Positions 60,826 to 64,000 of a DNA stretch of 64,000 bases are shown in pieces; the stretch's first letter is position 1, and every line of letters starts with the position of its first letter. Origin of the DNA: Squalus acanthias (Eukaryota); contig CM059431.1 in the NCBI GenBank assembly GCA_030390025.1, positions 120,654,001-120,718,000 of the forward strand, written 5' to 3'. The notes below the pieces were generated by a model. The model was not told where the DNA came from. It was given only the letters and a program-made list of their open reading frames with translations, and searched no databases. The position numbers and the translations under genes were made by a program.

Positions 60826-63177
60826 ATGGAACGAATTCTAGTATTGCTCGCGGCAATCGGATGTGGATTGGCCTATCGAGGCCGCACCAAGGATGTCGTG
60901 GTGTTTGGATGTTCCGGGAACACGGCCCCCATCGCGGTGGATGGGACCGGAAGACGGGAGGCAGAGGAGACCAGCACCTATTTCCACAAGGGAAGGTGGC
61001 CAGGATGGCTGGGAACGAACTCAACGGAGTATTCTAGCACATCGGGGTTTGCCTACAAAGAGACTTCTTTACTGTGCCCCAAAGTAAGGATCATCGCACC
61101 CAGGATCAGCGTCACCGTCGGCAAACGGATTTGTTTGACTTGTAGTGGGAAGGTCCCATTGAGCCGATGGTGGTGGCTGCGAAAGCTGAGCAAAACTATG
61201 AGGAACTCTTCGGTCGAGTGGGAACGACTGGGTAATAATACCCATCGGACAATTACGGGGACAAACGGACAAGTGAAAGTCTGTTGGGACAAATGGTGGG
61301 AACCGGACGAGGGAATTTATGTATGTATGTGGGGGTCAAAGTACGTTTGCCCCAAAGGCATCTCCATATTTTTCATTAATCAATGGCAGGATAACGGACA
61401 GGGGATGAGGTGGGATGCGAGCACCAGGGGGTGCGGAGCCCCATTCTCCCCGATCCCAGTAAATGCCACTGAGCTCATTACGCGCCCACGCAAAGCCCCG
61501 CCCACGATTCCGGTGGTTCTAGCTGAGGAAGAAGGGTGCCCTAAAACTAGTAAGGGACCCGGGAATGGTTTGGTACTGGTCCCCACAGACCAGATACTAT
61601 TTCAGGGGGTACATTACGCGGTGGCCTCGGTGATTTTAAATCTCACCGAGGTGCGGTTACCAGAGTGGTGCCCCAAAAAGACGGAACAGTTGTATCAGGT
61701 CCTGTTGACCAAGATGTTCAGACAATTTTACGAATTCGATTTCGCGGAAATTGATAAAACAAGTTTGTACACCGCACCACAGGAAGTTTTGAATCAAGCA
61801 GGGAGGCAAAGAAGGGGTTTGGTGAACGATGCGTTCACTGCTTTTAACACGGGTACATCTGTGGTCAACGCTCTAGACAGTGTGGAGCTGCAGACCCAGA
61901 TTAATGGTTTAAAGACACAATTAAAAGACATTCTAACAGATGAGAATAAAGTGGTAGGGTCAGGTTTACACGAGGACCAAGCCATGACTCTCCATTTAAA
62001 GGAAATTATAGCAGAGTTGGAGAAACATGCAAAGACGGTAAATGCCCTGATTAGGGAAGATCGGAATGCATCCGATCAAGCTGCGCAGAACGAGGTGTGC
62101 GTGCTTTACGGGGCGTGGTTACTGGGCGAGGGCCGCAGTAATTTGGAGGATTTAAAACAAGGTTTGGTTCCGTCCTGGATAAGTAACAAACACCTGCGGG
62201 CGCTCCACCCTTTTCAGAACGCATTAAGTCCGTGCCAGCTCAGGCTAGCTTCAGAAGCATACCCAGTCCCCGTGGACTGCGGACGATCAAACCATACTAT
62301 TATGGGAATAGTATTACGCATGCCGGTTTTGGGCGACACAGCAAAGCCCGCCCCGGTGTATCGGGTAGAGAACATTGGTGTCATTCAGGGGGGAGCCCAC
62401 ATTCGTTATGCAGCGGTTCCACCTTACGTCATCCGCTGGGAGCAAACGATGACAGGTACAGATCTCTCTGGTTGTCGTGGCAGGGGAGCACACATAATAC
62501 TGTGCCCCCAGCACTTGAATGCCTTTTTAACACCACAGTGCGGGTTCAGAACGACTGGCGCCAAGTCCATGAATTGCACCATGGAGGCAATGGCACAAGA
62601 TCATGTGCCTCCGCAGGTAGCATACGTCGGGGGTGGAACATATTGTGTTACCACTGCAGCGCAACACTACCAGCATGGAAACCATAGCCGGTGTCCGGTG
62701 AGTGACAGCAGTTTTTGTTTTAAACCCAGGGCGGAAGTTCAAGTAGCACAACAGCGAATTATCCCAATCCCTGAACCATCCACTGTTCATCTCACAGTAA
62801 AAGAGAATTTCACCGACTTGCAGCGATTCGTCGCGCATTTTGGATACCTCATTCCCCCTCTCCCTGAACACCTCACCAAGCTTTTAAATGCCGTCGCGGT
62901 ATCACAGAAACATTTTTACACATTAGAACAGAAAACTGTCGAAATAGGGACAGACATTCTGGATATAGTAGTTCCACCGTGGTGGAATCTGTTCACTAAT
63001 ATTGAAGTGCCTTCATGGATCAGAATAGCCTCCCACATTTTAGTCGTATGCCAAGTTTTCATTGTAGTGTACCTATTGGTCGTACATTGTAAAAGAGACA
63101 AGCGCCTCACCAAGCATGAAAACACGGGAGAGTGGCGAGAACGTTACGTGCGTGTGCACGATGAAAGCACCGTGTGA
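60826..63177 (+). CDS. env: Envelope glycoprotein (783 aa): signal peptide, Ig-like domain, furin site, F-type class I fusion subunit, TM anchor
   Basis: MERILVLLAAIGCGLA signal peptide; RQRR/GLVND at 61804-61830; heptad region; Cys-rich region; TM IASHILVVCQVFIVVYLLVV at about 63025-63085; frame is open from 60643 but a splice acceptor lies at 60812. Confidence 0.9.
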   Translation: MERILVLLAAIGCGLAYRGRTKDVVVFGCSGNTAPIAVDGTGRREAEETSTYFHKGRWPGWLGTNSTEYSSTSGFAYKETSLLCPKVRIIAPRISVTVGKRICLTCSGKVPLSRWWWLRKLSKTMRNSSVEWERLGNNTHRTITGTNGQVKVCWDKWWEPDEGIYVCMWGSKYVCPKGISIFFINQWQDNGQGMRWDASTRGCGAPFSPIPVNATELITRPRKAPPTIPVVLAEEEGCPKTSKGPGNGLVLVPTDQILFQGVHYAVASVILNLTEVRLPEWCPKKTEQLYQVLLTKMFRQFYEFDFAEIDKTSLYTAPQEVLNQAGRQRRGLVNDAFTAFNTGTSVVNALDSVELQTQINGLKTQLKDILTDENKVVGSGLHEDQAMTLHLKEIIAELEKHAKTVNALIREDRNASDQAAQNEVCVLYGAWLLGEGRSNLEDLKQGLVPSWISNKHLRALHPFQNALSPCQLRLASEAYPVPVDCGRSNHTIMGIVLRMPVLGDTAKPAPVYRVENIGVIQGGAHIRYAAVPPYVIRWEQTMTGTDLSGCRGRGAHIILCPQHLNAFLTPQCGFRTTGAKSMNCTMEAMAQDHVPPQVAYVGGGTYCVTTAAQHYQHGNHSRCPVSDSSFCFKPRAEVQVAQQRIIPIPEPSTVHLTVKENFTDLQRFVAHFGYLIPPLPEHLTKLLNAVAVSQKHFYTLEQKTVEIGTDILDIVVPPWWNLFTNIEVPSWIRIASHILVVCQVFIVVYLLVVHCKRDKRLTKHENTGEWRERYVRVHDESTV

Positions 63178-63616
63178 TCGGAAAATGGCGTCACTCCCGC
63201 TCGCCACGTGCGCCGCGGAAGTGTGTACTCGATCATGATTTTTCAGAGATTGTAAATACGTTGGGAACTCGACATGTTTTAAGAGTTGGTGTTGATTATT
63301 TTGGTGATGGTGTTACAGTTAAAAATGATTGTTTGGTTTTGGGTTTTGTTTTTCCTTTCCCTGAATAAAAGATGAATATACAGGTGATACGAGAGGCATC
63401 GGCCTGGTTACGCCGGGAAGGAAAACAAGTGGTGTAAGTTTAAGGGCAAATAATGCCTACGGTGATATAAAATGTAATTTTCTTGGGAAATAAGGACGAC
63501 ACAGAGACCCTAGCTAGGTTAAAATTATGGGATTAATTTGCTGGATTCGGAGAGAAATCGAGATAATATTGCTCACCACTATGATTTTTGATACGATAAG
63601 CGGAGTTATTCGCATC

Positions 63617-63628
63617 AACAGGAGGGAC
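63617..63628 (+). promoter_or_regulatory. Short polypurine tract
   Basis: aacaggagggac immediately before the 3' LTR. Confidence 0.65.
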
Positions 63629-64000
63629 TGTAGAATTCGCAATATATCGCGATTTTATTAATAAGGAGAAAACACAGAGTTTCGTTCAAACAGCTTTTAT
63701 TTCAGCAGAATGCTGCCAGGTTTAAAGTGGACACAAGCAGCCTGTAAAATGGCCGCCGCACCTCGTGACAGAACATTCTAGACTTTTCAACAGGCAGACA
63801 AGATGGCGTTCCAATAAACATTTGTGCAAGATCGATTAAGATTCAGCACAGTGAAGATAATACACGAGACATTATGGGTTTGCAGTATACACATAAATAC
63901 TGAAATCGGTCTCCCAGGTACAAATGAAAGCCATTGTACCGAGTAATCAAGGGCCCATCCAAATGACATTAATATGTAAAATCCCAACGACTCTACGATG
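63629..64000 (+). mobile_element. 3' LTR (runs off the window)
   Basis: Matches 54337-54708 with 3 substitutions in 372 bp by eye. Confidence 0.95.

Overview
Repeat-dense vertebrate genomic DNA with no confidently identifiable host protein-coding gene. The repeat inventory (CR1, L2 and RTE LINEs, Deu-domain and Meta-domain-like SINEs, Penelope-like elements with minimal hammerhead ribozymes, many PIF/Harbinger transposons with Myb/SANT genes and MITEs) suggests a cartilaginous fish; this host call is inference only. The most striking feature is a young LTR element at 57166-64000. It has an 18-nt tRNA-Arg(UCG) primer-binding site and an intact 603-aa Gag. The gag UGA stop sits in a CUAG readthrough context and is followed in frame not by Pol but by an unrecognised coiled-coil/acidic/Pro-rich ORF. 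An intact 783-aa Env follows, joining an N-terminal immunoglobulin-like domain to a furin-cleaved, paramyxovirus/baculovirus-F-like fusion protein (lokiretrovirus-like). Two solo LTRs of this group with 4-bp TSDs are also present. Other notable structures are a SINE-headed LINE, a 5'-inverted RTE, nested Harbinger elements and inverted Penelope ribozyme repeats. Family names rest on motif recognition by eye; no database searches were run.
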